Shown: positions 11,704 through 21,400 of the stretch, piece by piece
Position numbering within the stretch: position 1 is the stretch's first letter
Layout: every line of letters starts with the position of its first letter
Assembly (NCBI GenBank): GCA_964187785.1
Contig: OZ076409.1
Coordinates: forward strand, 43,402,001-43,466,000
Direction of reading: 5' to 3'
DNA length: 64,000 nucleotides
From: Amphiscolops sp. MND2022
Lineage: Eukaryota
Position numbers and translations under genes: made by a program
Notes under the pieces: model-generated
The model's database searches: none
What the model saw: the letters and a program-made list of their open reading frames with translations, nothing else
What the model was told of the DNA's origin: nothing

Positions 11704-12057
11704 ATGAGCGGCCCTGATTTGAGCCATACTAGTGGCTACTACAGTAACTGGTCGTTGAACAACCGAAGCGATCAAGAGGATCAAATCGATCACGGAAATT
11801 TATCGGTTCCGAACCTTGAAAGAATCATATTCGACCAAACAGACAACGAAAGACCACCCTACACTTTTTGTTGTTGTAATTCCCGAGTCGAAAGGTCGCT
11901 GGTGTTGGTCTTTTTACATTATTTCATACTTATTGCAGTTTTTACGTTCTGTATTCTTTTCCTAACTCTTTGTGAAAACGACAACAAAGTTTCCTCCGGG
12001 ATTCTAGCGATTCTATCAGCTTGCATAGGTCATATTTTACCTGGTCCAAAGTCATGA
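11704..12057 (+). CDS. Small two-TM membrane protein of the type found upstream of Polinton ATPases
   Basis: CCC motif, then two hydrophobic stretches ending ILSACIGHILPGP. The stop overlaps the ATPase start (ATGA). Confidence 0.75.
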   Translation: MSGPDLSHTSGYYSNWSLNNRSDQEDQIDHGNLSVPNLERIIFDQTDNERPPYTFCCCNSRVERSLVLVFLHYFILIAVFTFCILFLTLCENDNKVSSGILAILSACIGHILPGPKS

Positions 12058-12755
12058 ACAAGAGAATCAGTACAAATCCTCATTGTTTCATTTCTGTGGT
12101 GGGTCCAGCTGGTTCTGGCAAGACACGATTGATTGGAAGGATGATTTGCAACCAGGAAAAAATTTTTCGCCCTGTCTTTGACAAAATACTATACTTTTTT
12201 AAACATTACCAGGAACCGTATAGACAACTTGAAACAGAATGCCTTGCCAACAAAGTTGATCTGCAACTCATTCAAGGCTTGGAGTGGAATGCGGTCGAGC
12301 GAGGAGAAATCTTGAAGCAACGTACTCTCGTCGTTATAGACGACATGTATGACGAAGCTGCTAACAGCAAGGAGTTTTTGGACCTAGTGATCGCTGGCCG
12401 TCATCGCAACGTTCACCTGATGGTGTTACGGCACAATCTTTTCCAACAGTCCAAATACTCAAAGACGATTGATTTGAATGTGACTCAAATTGTTCTATTC
12501 AATAGTCCAAGAGATTCTGAACAAATTGGAATTTTGGGACGTCAACTGGGCGAGCGTTCTACTCTACTGAAGGTCTATAAAAGAGCGACTCAAGAAGCAT
12601 TTGGTCATTTACTGATAGATTTGGATGTGAGGAGCAGCAGGAACCTCAGATACTGCTCACATTGCTCTGGCGACGAACCATCCCATTTTTATTGCGCGAG
12701 AGACGAACTTTTCATCTCAATCAATGATGAATTTACAAAATTACTATACAGTTGA
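12054..12755 (+). CDS. FtsK/HerA (A32-like) genome-packaging ATPase
   Basis: Walker A GPAGSGKT, Walker B LVVIDD, GRHRN arginine motif and GHLLIDL. Confidence 0.95.
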   Translation: MNKRISTNPHCFISVVGPAGSGKTRLIGRMICNQEKIFRPVFDKILYFFKHYQEPYRQLETECLANKVDLQLIQGLEWNAVERGEILKQRTLVVIDDMYDEAANSKEFLDLVIAGRHRNVHLMVLRHNLFQQSKYSKTIDLNVTQIVLFNSPRDSEQIGILGRQLGERSTLLKVYKRATQEAFGHLLIDLDVRSSRNLRYCSHCSGDEPSHFYCARDELFISINDEFTKLLYS

Positions 12756-13068
12756 TTTATATCTAAAGTTTTCACCTACATTGAAAAAAATTTTCATTTT
12801 ACATTGTCCAGATAACATATTGAAGTTTTTCTGTGACTGTGTTTTCAACGTTGTAAAGGGGAAAGTCAAGCTAGACAAAAAGTTGCAAGAAAAAGCTGTT
12901 TTCCTGGCACGTGAGAAAGTGAATCTAGAGAAAATTTGTTCGAAACGCCGAGTTGCCTTGAAGCGAAAACGCCAAGTATTGGGCTCAGAGAGAGGTTTGC
13001 GTCTGTTGAAATTGATTTTGCCCTCGGTAGAAATTCATTTGAAAAGTTGCCATGGAATCGAACAGTAG
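12724..13068 (+). CDS. Small basic conserved Polinton protein with a C-terminal amphipathic helix
   Basis: CDCVFNVVKGKVKL...KRKRQVL...GLRLLKLILP pattern, typical of the ORF that follows Polinton ATPases. Confidence 0.7.
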   Translation: MMNLQNYYTVDLYLKFSPTLKKIFILHCPDNILKFFCDCVFNVVKGKVKLDKKLQEKAVFLAREKVNLEKICSKRRVALKRKRQVLGSERGLRLLKLILPSVEIHLKSCHGIEQ

Positions 13069-13750
13069 CCTGCGTGACCTAATCTTAATCACTCACGAAG
13101 AGTACATTTCTCTTAAAAGACAAGAGAAAACACCAGACGCACGTGAGAAGCAAAAACAGCATTTACTTTCAAAGTTTGCCGAAGCTACTCAAACTAATTT
13201 TGAACCCATTGAAGAAAACCAGTTCAAAACTATCGATACAGCCAAAGAATTACCTGAAGACTCATTAGTTGCCCAGTTGAACTTGAATTCACGATACCAT
13301 TCGGGAGACTCGAGCACTTCGAACACCGTAGAGACAAAACAATCGTACAAAAACCCATCTGATCAAGTTTTGTCAAATTTACTACAATCTGGCGTGACCG
13401 GTGGAAAAGTTGAAAGGTCGAGACAAATTTTAAAAAAGATTGAAGATTGCGAACGAACTACGATAGATGAAACAAATCAAACCATCAATTTAGATCAACA
13501 AGACACGGGAGTAAGTGTTGTAGAGTTTCTCTCAGCATTGCAAGTCAATACGAAACAATTGCCAAAGAAATTTCTCACCCTGGTTGAAGTTCTCAGAATT
13601 CCACAATTTCTGCTGGCAAACACCTACGCGAGACAGACAAGCAATCAAAATCAGCATCAAATTCGCTTAGCGAGCGGAGCGTCTCCCTACAAAAGGCTAA
13701 AACTCGACACAGAACAGGGTAGCAGCAGTCAGTGGTTGACAAATTTTTAG
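13052..13750 (+). CDS. Polinton hypothetical protein, 232 aa
   Basis: Intact ORF tightly packed between neighbours. N-terminal LILITHEEYISL and C-terminal W motif, as in Polinton pre-integrase ORFs. Confidence 0.75.
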   Translation: MESNSSLRDLILITHEEYISLKRQEKTPDAREKQKQHLLSKFAEATQTNFEPIEENQFKTIDTAKELPEDSLVAQLNLNSRYHSGDSSTSNTVETKQSYKNPSDQVLSNLLQSGVTGGKVERSRQILKKIEDCERTTIDETNQTINLDQQDTGVSVVEFLSALQVNTKQLPKKFLTLVEVLRIPQFLLANTYARQTSNQNQHQIRLASGASPYKRLKLDTEQGSSSQWLTNF

Positions 13751-13751
13751 A

Positions 13752-14909
13752 ATGAAACGGTGGTTTTGTGGATCTTGTAAAACGCCTCTGGGTAAAGGAT
13801 CCAAAATATCTCCCTCACTTTGGTGTCATGTCTGCGGTTGGGTGCATTTCAAATGCAGCGGTCTCGAGAACAGCAAGGAATGCAACGACAACTTTTTGTG
13901 CTCTAAGTGTGATCGAAGCAGAATTTTACTCAGTGACGAAACTGACCGTGATTATGCTACTTCCTTCACGAAAATTCACGAAAGTTATACAAATCCTAGG
14001 AGTAAAGCAGCATTTGGAAGCAGACGCAACTTGGTAACAACTTCCCAATGCTCTTCCAAAAATGTAGATCGATACCTCAATTCGAGCGAAACGTACACAA
14101 AATTCAAACTAACCAGGAAACGTTTCTTGCGATTGAAAGTTGTCAGTTATAGGTTGAATGAAATTTGGTCAGTTGATTTGGCCGATATGCAAAAACTCGC
14201 AGCTAACAACAGCGGAATTAGATACCTGTTTGTGGCAGTAGACGCCCTAAGCCGTTATCTCTGGGTGGAACCCCTCAAAGTTAAAACATCACAAGCTTGT
14301 AAAGAAGCTCTAAGGAGGATCATTGTCAAAAACGGAAAGCCTCCGGTGCCAAAAATTTGCAGTGCAACGCATCAGCCTGAGAAGATTTGGGTAGACAAGG
14401 GCCGCGAATTTTCTGGAGAGTTTGCCAGTTTTTGTCGGTCAAAAGATATTGTAATTTATTCCACCAAAAGCGAAACAAAGTCTGCACTAGCGGAAAGAAA
14501 TATTCGATCGCTCAAATCATTGATCTTCAAGTACATGCACGAGCATGACCGTAACACTTACATTGATGAAATTGATCAGTTTGTTTCCATCATTAACCGT
14601 CGCGTGAACCGCATGACAAAGTTGGCTCCCGCTTCAGTCTCCAAAAAAGACGTGCCCTACTTAGTATCGCTTTGTCACACCAATGTTCTGCGGCAACCAA
14701 AATTCAGAATTGGCGATCAAGTTCGAATTCGACGCAAAATTGATACATTTCATCGAGGCTATAAGATACAATTCACTGAAGAGTTATTCACTGTAACTTC
14801 GATTCCCACTTGCAACCCTCCCACTTACACTGTCAAGGATAGAAATAACGAAATTATACAGGGCAAGTTTTACGAACCCGAACTCGTGAAGTTTGTAGTA
14901 CCATCCTAG
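13752..14909 (+). CDS. Retroviral-like (rve) DDE integrase with an N-terminal PHD-like finger and no C-terminal chromodomain
   Basis: Catalytic motifs WSVDLADM, IWVDKGREF and LAERNIRSLK. C-terminal FRIGDQVR...GKFYEPEL. C4HC3 pattern at aa 6-53. Confidence 0.95.
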   Translation: MKRWFCGSCKTPLGKGSKISPSLWCHVCGWVHFKCSGLENSKECNDNFLCSKCDRSRILLSDETDRDYATSFTKIHESYTNPRSKAAFGSRRNLVTTSQCSSKNVDRYLNSSETYTKFKLTRKRFLRLKVVSYRLNEIWSVDLADMQKLAANNSGIRYLFVAVDALSRYLWVEPLKVKTSQACKEALRRIIVKNGKPPVPKICSATHQPEKIWVDKGREFSGEFASFCRSKDIVIYSTKSETKSALAERNIRSLKSLIFKYMHEHDRNTYIDEIDQFVSIINRRVNRMTKLAPASVSKKDVPYLVSLCHTNVLRQPKFRIGDQVRIRRKIDTFHRGYKIQFTEELFTVTSIPTCNPPTYTVKDRNNEIIQGKFYEPELVKFVVPS

Positions 14910-14928
14910 TCTGAAACCAATCGGAGAC

Positions 14929-15906
14929 ATGGCCAGAACAAGCAACCGAGGCGGTCAAGATTTTACGATGAACCTAGTATCGAACGCGTCCATGACTACT
15001 TTTCCCGGAAACTCTTTGTCAAACTTCACGACGCTGTTACCAACAACAATGTCCTTGCCTGGCGATTGGCAAGTGGCACTGGTTGAAATTGCTTGGCCGG
15101 CAATGGTCCAAAACGTTACTGTTGGAGAGTTTACAGTCTCAAAAAAAGTGCCGGCTTTGCCAGTTGAAAAATATCCTAGGCATCACAAACACGGTTTGAT
15201 CTCGATGACAGTCCCCTCTGCATTAACCCAAATACCAAATTACAGTGAACCTGTAACGCTTTGTATAAAGCCCGGTTGTTACCCATCGGTCGACGCAATA
15301 ATGAAAGCCATCATGAAAGCTGCTCTGGGCAAGAAAGATGGCCAATTGAACGCAACTCCTCGGACGAATGACTCTTTTATGTCTTGGAAAATTGATAGTG
15401 TAACTAGACGATTACATGTCAAGTCGAGCGCAATTGCTGAAAACGAAGCATTCAAAATTATGGCAGTCTCGGACGATTTGAAAAACATTTTGGGCACCGA
15501 TGTAATCATCGATTGTCAATCACAAATTCGTCACGAAACTGAAGCTTCTGACCAAATTGCTTCAGGAATTGCCAAAGTTGTGAAACAAGTCGGACGGTGG
15601 CCCATCGATCTGAATGCCGGTAGTCACACAATGTTTCTCTATTGTGATCTTGTACAAAACGAGACGCTGGGCGACACGCAGACGGCACTCCTGAGGTCCA
15701 TTCCCCTCAAGAGTATAACTTTGGCGCAAACTATGGGTGAAGTGAATCACAAGAGCTTCACAAACTTGCAGTGGAAGCGAATCGTCAAACCTCAATTTCA
15801 GTCAATCAGTCTAACCCTCGCCAATGAGATGGGTCAAAAAATGCCCTTTTTGAGCTGCGGACGCACCAACATTACTTTAGCATTCCGACCGGTGCCGCAA
15901 TATTAA
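14929..15906 (+). CDS. Minor capsid protein (penton-like)
   Basis: N-terminal FTMNLVSNASMTTFPGNSLSNFTTLLP...WQVALVEI; C-terminal MFLYCDLVQ..LGDTQTALLRSI...ITLAFR. Confidence 0.9.
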   Translation: MARTSNRGGQDFTMNLVSNASMTTFPGNSLSNFTTLLPTTMSLPGDWQVALVEIAWPAMVQNVTVGEFTVSKKVPALPVEKYPRHHKHGLISMTVPSALTQIPNYSEPVTLCIKPGCYPSVDAIMKAIMKAALGKKDGQLNATPRTNDSFMSWKIDSVTRRLHVKSSAIAENEAFKIMAVSDDLKNILGTDVIIDCQSQIRHETEASDQIASGIAKVVKQVGRWPIDLNAGSHTMFLYCDLVQNETLGDTQTALLRSIPLKSITLAQTMGEVNHKSFTNLQWKRIVKPQFQSISLTLANEMGQKMPFLSCGRTNITLAFRPVPQY

Positions 15907-15978
15907 TCGGCGTCATTTGTTCTCCAACTTGTGGGAGGTTCAGTTGGTGGTCAATTTCAAAATTGGCTTGCTTTCACA

Positions 15979-16488
15979 ATGGATGCTCACTATGATTCGC
16001 AAATTAAATCAGTCGTCGCTCACACCAATTACAGTGGACCTGCAAGACAGATGGGATCTGGAGGTGGGCTGGGAGCTTTTGCCGTCCGTATGGGACGTGT
16101 GGCCATTCCTCTAGTAAGGAAATACGTTTTGCCTGTAGCAAGACAAGTTGGCAAAAACTTGCTTGAGACTGCAATTCCCGAAATTGGAGATGTCCTGACA
16201 GGCAAAAAGAAGCCCAATCGGAAACTTTTGGCCAGTGTCGCGAAAAAGACTGCTGTAAAAACAATGAGTAAAAACTTGCCGGCGGGCGTCGCACTTCGCC
16301 CGGGCGGCGGCAGCGAGCGGAAACCGGGGGCGGCTCGACGGGTGACGAATGGCAGCGTCGGAGGCGGCGAACGGCCAGTGTCAGCATTGGTCAACAGGAA
16401 ACGAAACAGTTCGACCAGCATTTCGCGAAAAACAGCCGCCAAAAGAAGTCGGTCCAACATTTTGTCTGAAATTCAATATTCCAATTAA
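15979..16488 (+). CDS. Basic virion core/membrane-lytic protein (cupiennin-like N-terminal helix after a QxGxG protease site)
   Basis: YSGPARQMGSGGGLGAFAVRMGRVAIPLVRK...VGKNLL followed by an Arg/Lys-rich tail. Positioned between the penton and MCP genes. Confidence 0.75.
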   Translation: MDAHYDSQIKSVVAHTNYSGPARQMGSGGGLGAFAVRMGRVAIPLVRKYVLPVARQVGKNLLETAIPEIGDVLTGKKKPNRKLLASVAKKTAVKTMSKNLPAGVALRPGGGSERKPGAARRVTNGSVGGGERPVSALVNRKRNSSTSISRKTAAKRSRSNILSEIQYSN

Positions 16489-16500
16489 AAAATCGTCAAG

Positions 16501-17848
16501 CTGGCGTCCGTCAACAATGTATTTGTCGGCAGTGCAAGCGAGATTGCGAGGCCCGTGACACACAGTGCGTTGGACTTTTTCGAGAAACCAGGAGTTATGA
16601 TCAACTATGAAGGAGCCTACGATCAAGAAGTTTTTCCACACGTGGGTTGCCGTGGACCTCAATTGGACTTTTTTGTTGCTGCGGAAGCGAAAAACCTAAT
16701 CGACTTGAATCGCATCATTCTTTGCGTTGAAGTAGCAATTTATCTTGAAGATGGCAAGACAAAAGCCAAACCTGGTGATGTTGACGTTGTTTTCTCCAAC
16801 AACACTCTTCACACTCTCTTCTCACATGCGGAACTTTACCTAAATGAAAAATTGATTTCTCACAGCAATAATTGTTACTTGCATTCAGCATTTGTAGAGA
16901 CTGAACTTTCAACCGACACGGAAAGCAAAGACTCATGGGCCGAATGCCAAGGATATCATTATTTGGCCAAGTCGAGTGGAAAAGATCAACAGTTTAACAA
17001 GCTCGCTGCCAGCTTTGCAGAAAAAAAAGAGTGCAAAGTTCAGCTCTGCGGTGCTCTCCACCTTGACTTTTTGGACTGTGAGAAATTTTTGCTTCCAAAT
17101 GTAACTCTACATGTGCGTCTATATCGATCTCCGAACAACACTGTTCTCCATCTAAAAGGTACTGACGACGATGCCAAGAACCTTGACGGTAAAATACTTC
17201 CAGTTGTTGAAAAAGCCTCTCTCTTTGTTCGAAAAGTGGTCGTGACTGACAGTGTCAAATTGTCAATCGAGAGGGCATTATTGAAAAGTGAGGCAATATA
17301 TCCCTATATTGAAAGCTTGAACAAAAGTTTTATCATTCAAGCTGGACAAAATTGTTTCATAAAGGAGAATATTTTTGGGACAGAGCCCATTCGGCGTCTA
17401 ACTTTGTGTATGGTGAAAAATTCTCTTTTCCGGAGTACTCCACTCAATGAAACGCCATTCTCTTATCAAAAGTTCAACTTGCAGCGAGTAGAAATTCAGC
17501 GGGGAAATGGGGTTCCGCTCGCAGGAACTCCACTAGACACCACAAACAATGTGAGGTTATATTACAATACGATAACAGCACTCGGCTTTAAGGAAAAAAG
17601 TAACGGAATCAAACTTGAGGATTACGAGGACAATCATTTTTTCCTTGTCTTTGACCTGACTTCAACAGAGGAGGCTAGCAAAAACTACACTCTTTCCCGA
17701 ACTCACCGGTTCCAGCCTAACCTTAAAGTTGTACTTTGAAAAAGCTCTGGACGATGCAATCGAGTTATTTTTGATTGGGGAACGGTTCAGTCAAGTCATT
17801 ATAGATTCAGCAAGAAATATAAAGAAAAACAGACCATATGATGGATAA
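16501..17848 (+). CDS. Major capsid protein (double jelly-roll); CTG at the apparent start, +1 frameshift near 17685
   Basis: SALDFF, NNTLHTLFSHAELYLN, LHLDFLDCEKFLLPNV and FLVFDLT motifs. Removing one A from the A-run at ~17680 continues the frame TLFPELTGSSLTLKLYF...IDSARNI to TAA at 17846-17848. Confidence 0.9.
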
Positions 17849-18372
17849 CGCAACTCTAAAACACATGATCCTTCGCAACTCCACACTGAGCGTAGCCTTT
17901 GCGGGAATTTGGTCAGCAGACAACTTCAACTTGCAACCAGTCACAACTGAAACGACCACAAACTTTCTCGCAAGCGAACGATTGGTTTGGTTTCAAATTG
18001 TAAATACTTCCCCGCGAAACTCACATGGATCGCACTGGTTGCTTCTCGGCGCTACTATTGCGCAGGGACAAAAGAAAATGCAGGTGTTCGTCTGGGACTG
18101 TTTGGGTCAACCAGTGTCTGTCTACACAATGTTTTTCAATCGCCTGAATCAATTGTATGGAAAAACGGGATATCGACAAATTGCACTCAAACTTCAAAAT
18201 GCTAGTTCCAATATGTGTGGTCTCTATTGTCTCTTTTTGATTCACTATATAGCAAAAAAAACCCTACGAATTGTCTCAAATCGATGAAAAATTGAAATTA
18301 TGTAGTGAAATTGAAATAATCCGTTTCATAAATGATAAATACAATACATTATTCAGATATACTGTGTTTTGA
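17838..18372 (+). CDS. Adenain-like cysteine maturation protease; frameshift in the A-run at ~18253-18261
   Basis: Catalytic pattern GSHWL / VWDCLG / LQ...NMCGLYC. The alternate frame continues PYELSQIDEK...RYTVF to TGA at 18372. AATAAA at 18378. Confidence 0.9.
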
Positions 18373-18417
18373 ATACAAATAAACTTTCATAGCAACCGTC
18401 TTTTCATTTTCATAAGA

Positions 18418-21400
18418 CTAGGCCAGGCCATGCGTCGCGTCGTTTTCATCGCTACTGGAAGAATAGTCTACAATTTGTATTTTACGACGACTTTGACTGT
18501 TCAATTTTCTCGAGGGAAGTTGCTCATTCGTTTGAATACAATCATCACCACTCGACTCTTGGGCCTCGTAGTTGATAAACGGGCAGTTGAACTTGTCTTG
18601 GTTTTCATCAGCCTCAAGGTCTACAGACAAATTGTCCCAGTCAACAATATCCGAAAGCTCATCAACGTCGGGTATTGAAGTTTGTTGATAAAGACCAGGA
18701 TCGGGGGCAGCTGAAAGAAAACCAAGATCAGACTGGCATGCTAAAAGTGCAGGCTCTTGAATAAATGTAGCTTTGGAATCGATACTACTACTCACTGAAA
18801 CTCGCCGATTGCCATGCTCTTTTCAGGGGACTGCTGTGACTCGGTAAAGAAGCCGACGATTCATCTGATGAACCACTACTACTACTACTACTTTCGTGAC
18901 TGTCACTTGGGGAGGAAAAGCTAGTGTTGCTACTACTGCTGCTGCTGCTTGAGCTCCTCAAACTCTCACAGTCGGTAGATTCGTCATTTGTGGGTTCAAC
19001 GGAACCTACAAGAAAGTTTTGAAAGTTTTGCACTTGGGCAAATCTTTTAATGAAATTGAATAAACTAACCTCGGAGAGATGAAGGTATTTTATAATGACC
19101 ATAGGCGAGAGAATTGATTCCATCATCCATTATGTACCGCTTGTCGTCAAACGAGCTGAGAGCTATTTTGTCGACAGAGTTCACAACAATTTGATGATTG
19201 AAGGAACGAAGTTGAGTCATTCTTTTGGTGAAGTTCTTTTTCGATAGAAGGCATTGTTTGAAAAGATCGTGATGCAGAGTCTTTTTAACCGTTTTGGAGA
19301 CGCCTTTGGCGCTCTGCTTCTTACCTCCAACAAAATCTATACTATAAAGTTTGGACCTCAGACATACTACCTCGCGAAGGATTTTGCCCTGCAGTTCATC
19401 TGTCATTGTCAAGGGGACCTTTTTGTTTGTAGGATCATACAAAAAATGTTCACGTGGATAATCTGAAAGGTCCAGTAGGTGCTTGAAACATGCCATGTCT
19501 TGGTACAAGTCATTTGTCTCGATACAGTATAGGAGGGAATCAGTATCTTTGTATGCCAGTTTCAATCGGGCTGCAGTATACCGAGGAATCATCACTTCGT
19601 AGTGGAATTTGTAGAGAGAAAGTTTTGATAGATCTAGAATAGCAGCACCAACCGGAGTTGGTTTGTCCCACACCACACAAGCCATTTTGAAGGAAACACT
19701 CACAAGTTTTTCGTTGATGACCTGAAAAGACTTGAAAGATGCTTTCTCAACAAAAGATTCCGCCTGCTTTGCACTTGAAACAAACTTTAAGTTGCTGCGC
19801 TTCCGTAGATTCTCCATGGTCTTTCCAAAGCAAGCATTACTCATCAGTTTGAAAAAAGCCTTCTCGAAATCATTGTCTGCTTGTTTCCGCATTACTGTGT
19901 TTTTTTCTATGTAGACACCGAGCCACTTGCTCTGTTTGAATTCGCAAACACGATGCACTCTGTCTACAACGAGACCGTGCTTAACGTAGAATTTCAAATT
20001 TTCATAGTGACATACATAGTTTTTCTTATCGAAGAGAGTCTCTATCAGTTTGGCTGTTTTGCTCGGCTTAACACCGAAGCTTTCAGCATAGTCAGATAGC
20101 CAAGATTGTTGAATTATCTTTTTCTCGGGTGCCAGCGGGAGGCCATTGTGAGCATCGTGTAAATGCTTGGGATATAGAAAGTCAACTTCAACAAAGTAAC
20201 CCAGAGGTGAATCAGTTGGAGTATCAAGCAATTCCTGTAGAGTGATAGACGTGTTCCATTTGTAATCTCCGCTTGGCATCAATTGTTGCATTGTACCCGC
20301 GTAAAGGGATGTTACATCGAAAAAGGCACCAAAAGTAGTAGTTTCACTGGAAGCAAAACTCGGTAATAGAGGATTGTTAGCCGTAAAGTGACGAATTTCA
20401 CCAATTCCATTGACTCCCCCACGTATACCACGTTCGAAAAACAATAGTTTATCAATATCATCCAGCAAACCCAGCTTGGCTTCAGTTGAAATGAGCATAG
20501 CGTCCCAACTGAGGTTAGGGGCTGAAAAGAAGTGTGCCGGATCGAGTTTGTACACCTTGATGCAAACCCTTCTAAAGTTTTCAAAAATATCAGCAAGAAG
20601 CAAAACGTCGGTTTGTAAGTAAACATCATGATACTCGCCGAGTGTTTTACAAGAGAATGCGTTGTAGATAGAAACAGCTTCATCAAACTCTTCATTAGTG
20701 ATATCGATTGATCCCGTCAACGAGTTTTTCCAGTCGTTACCATATGGTGGCAAAGGTGCTTCAAACTTGCTGAAGCTATCCAAAAAACCGTAGGGAAAAT
20801 AACCCTTTTTAATGAGTTTTTTGAATAACCCCTCCGAAATGTTGGAGAAGTAGCCACGAAGGTGAACGAAATCCTTAGACTGCAACGTTTTTGCCAAAGC
20901 GTCAAGACTTTGAGGCATAAATTGTAAGCTGTCGAGAAATCTGAGCGAATGATATAGTGACACTATTCGATTACGTTTGTCCTTATAACTCCCAACGGGT
21001 ACGGCAATACTAACAGAAGTGTAGGTTTCATCAGTCTTGGATATTGCTGAAAGTTTTTCACCAGGTTTCAGCTGTAGATTTTTTAAAATGTGGTGCGAAT
21101 CATATCGAGAGAAATTGTGAAAGAAAATTGGGAGGAAGTTTGATGATCTTGCTCTGAGGTTGCATTTTGAATGTGCCACCCCAAAGATTTCACCAGTCAA
21201 ATGGCAATGATGAATGACCCGAGTTGACTTTTCAGCATTCTTGCCACAAATACAACAGATTTTTGAATCTCCAGATAAATAATTTTCCCGCTCCGATTTT
21301 GAAATTCGGAGCCAGCGGAAAGTTTGCTTCTCATGATAACACCACAGTGTCCATTCACGCAGAACAGAAAGTAATTTGTCGATACAATTCTGGCCGCGAT

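Noticed and set aside
16004..16460. Antisense ORFs over the GC-rich core-protein gene
   Set aside because: Shadow ORFs of a coding strand with clear Polinton homology.
18418..19126. Two stand-alone small genes (125 aa and 112 aa) downstream of polB
   Set aside because: Better explained as spliced 3' exons of polB: one starts at a GTG that is the splice donor, and both 5' parts read as intron sequence.
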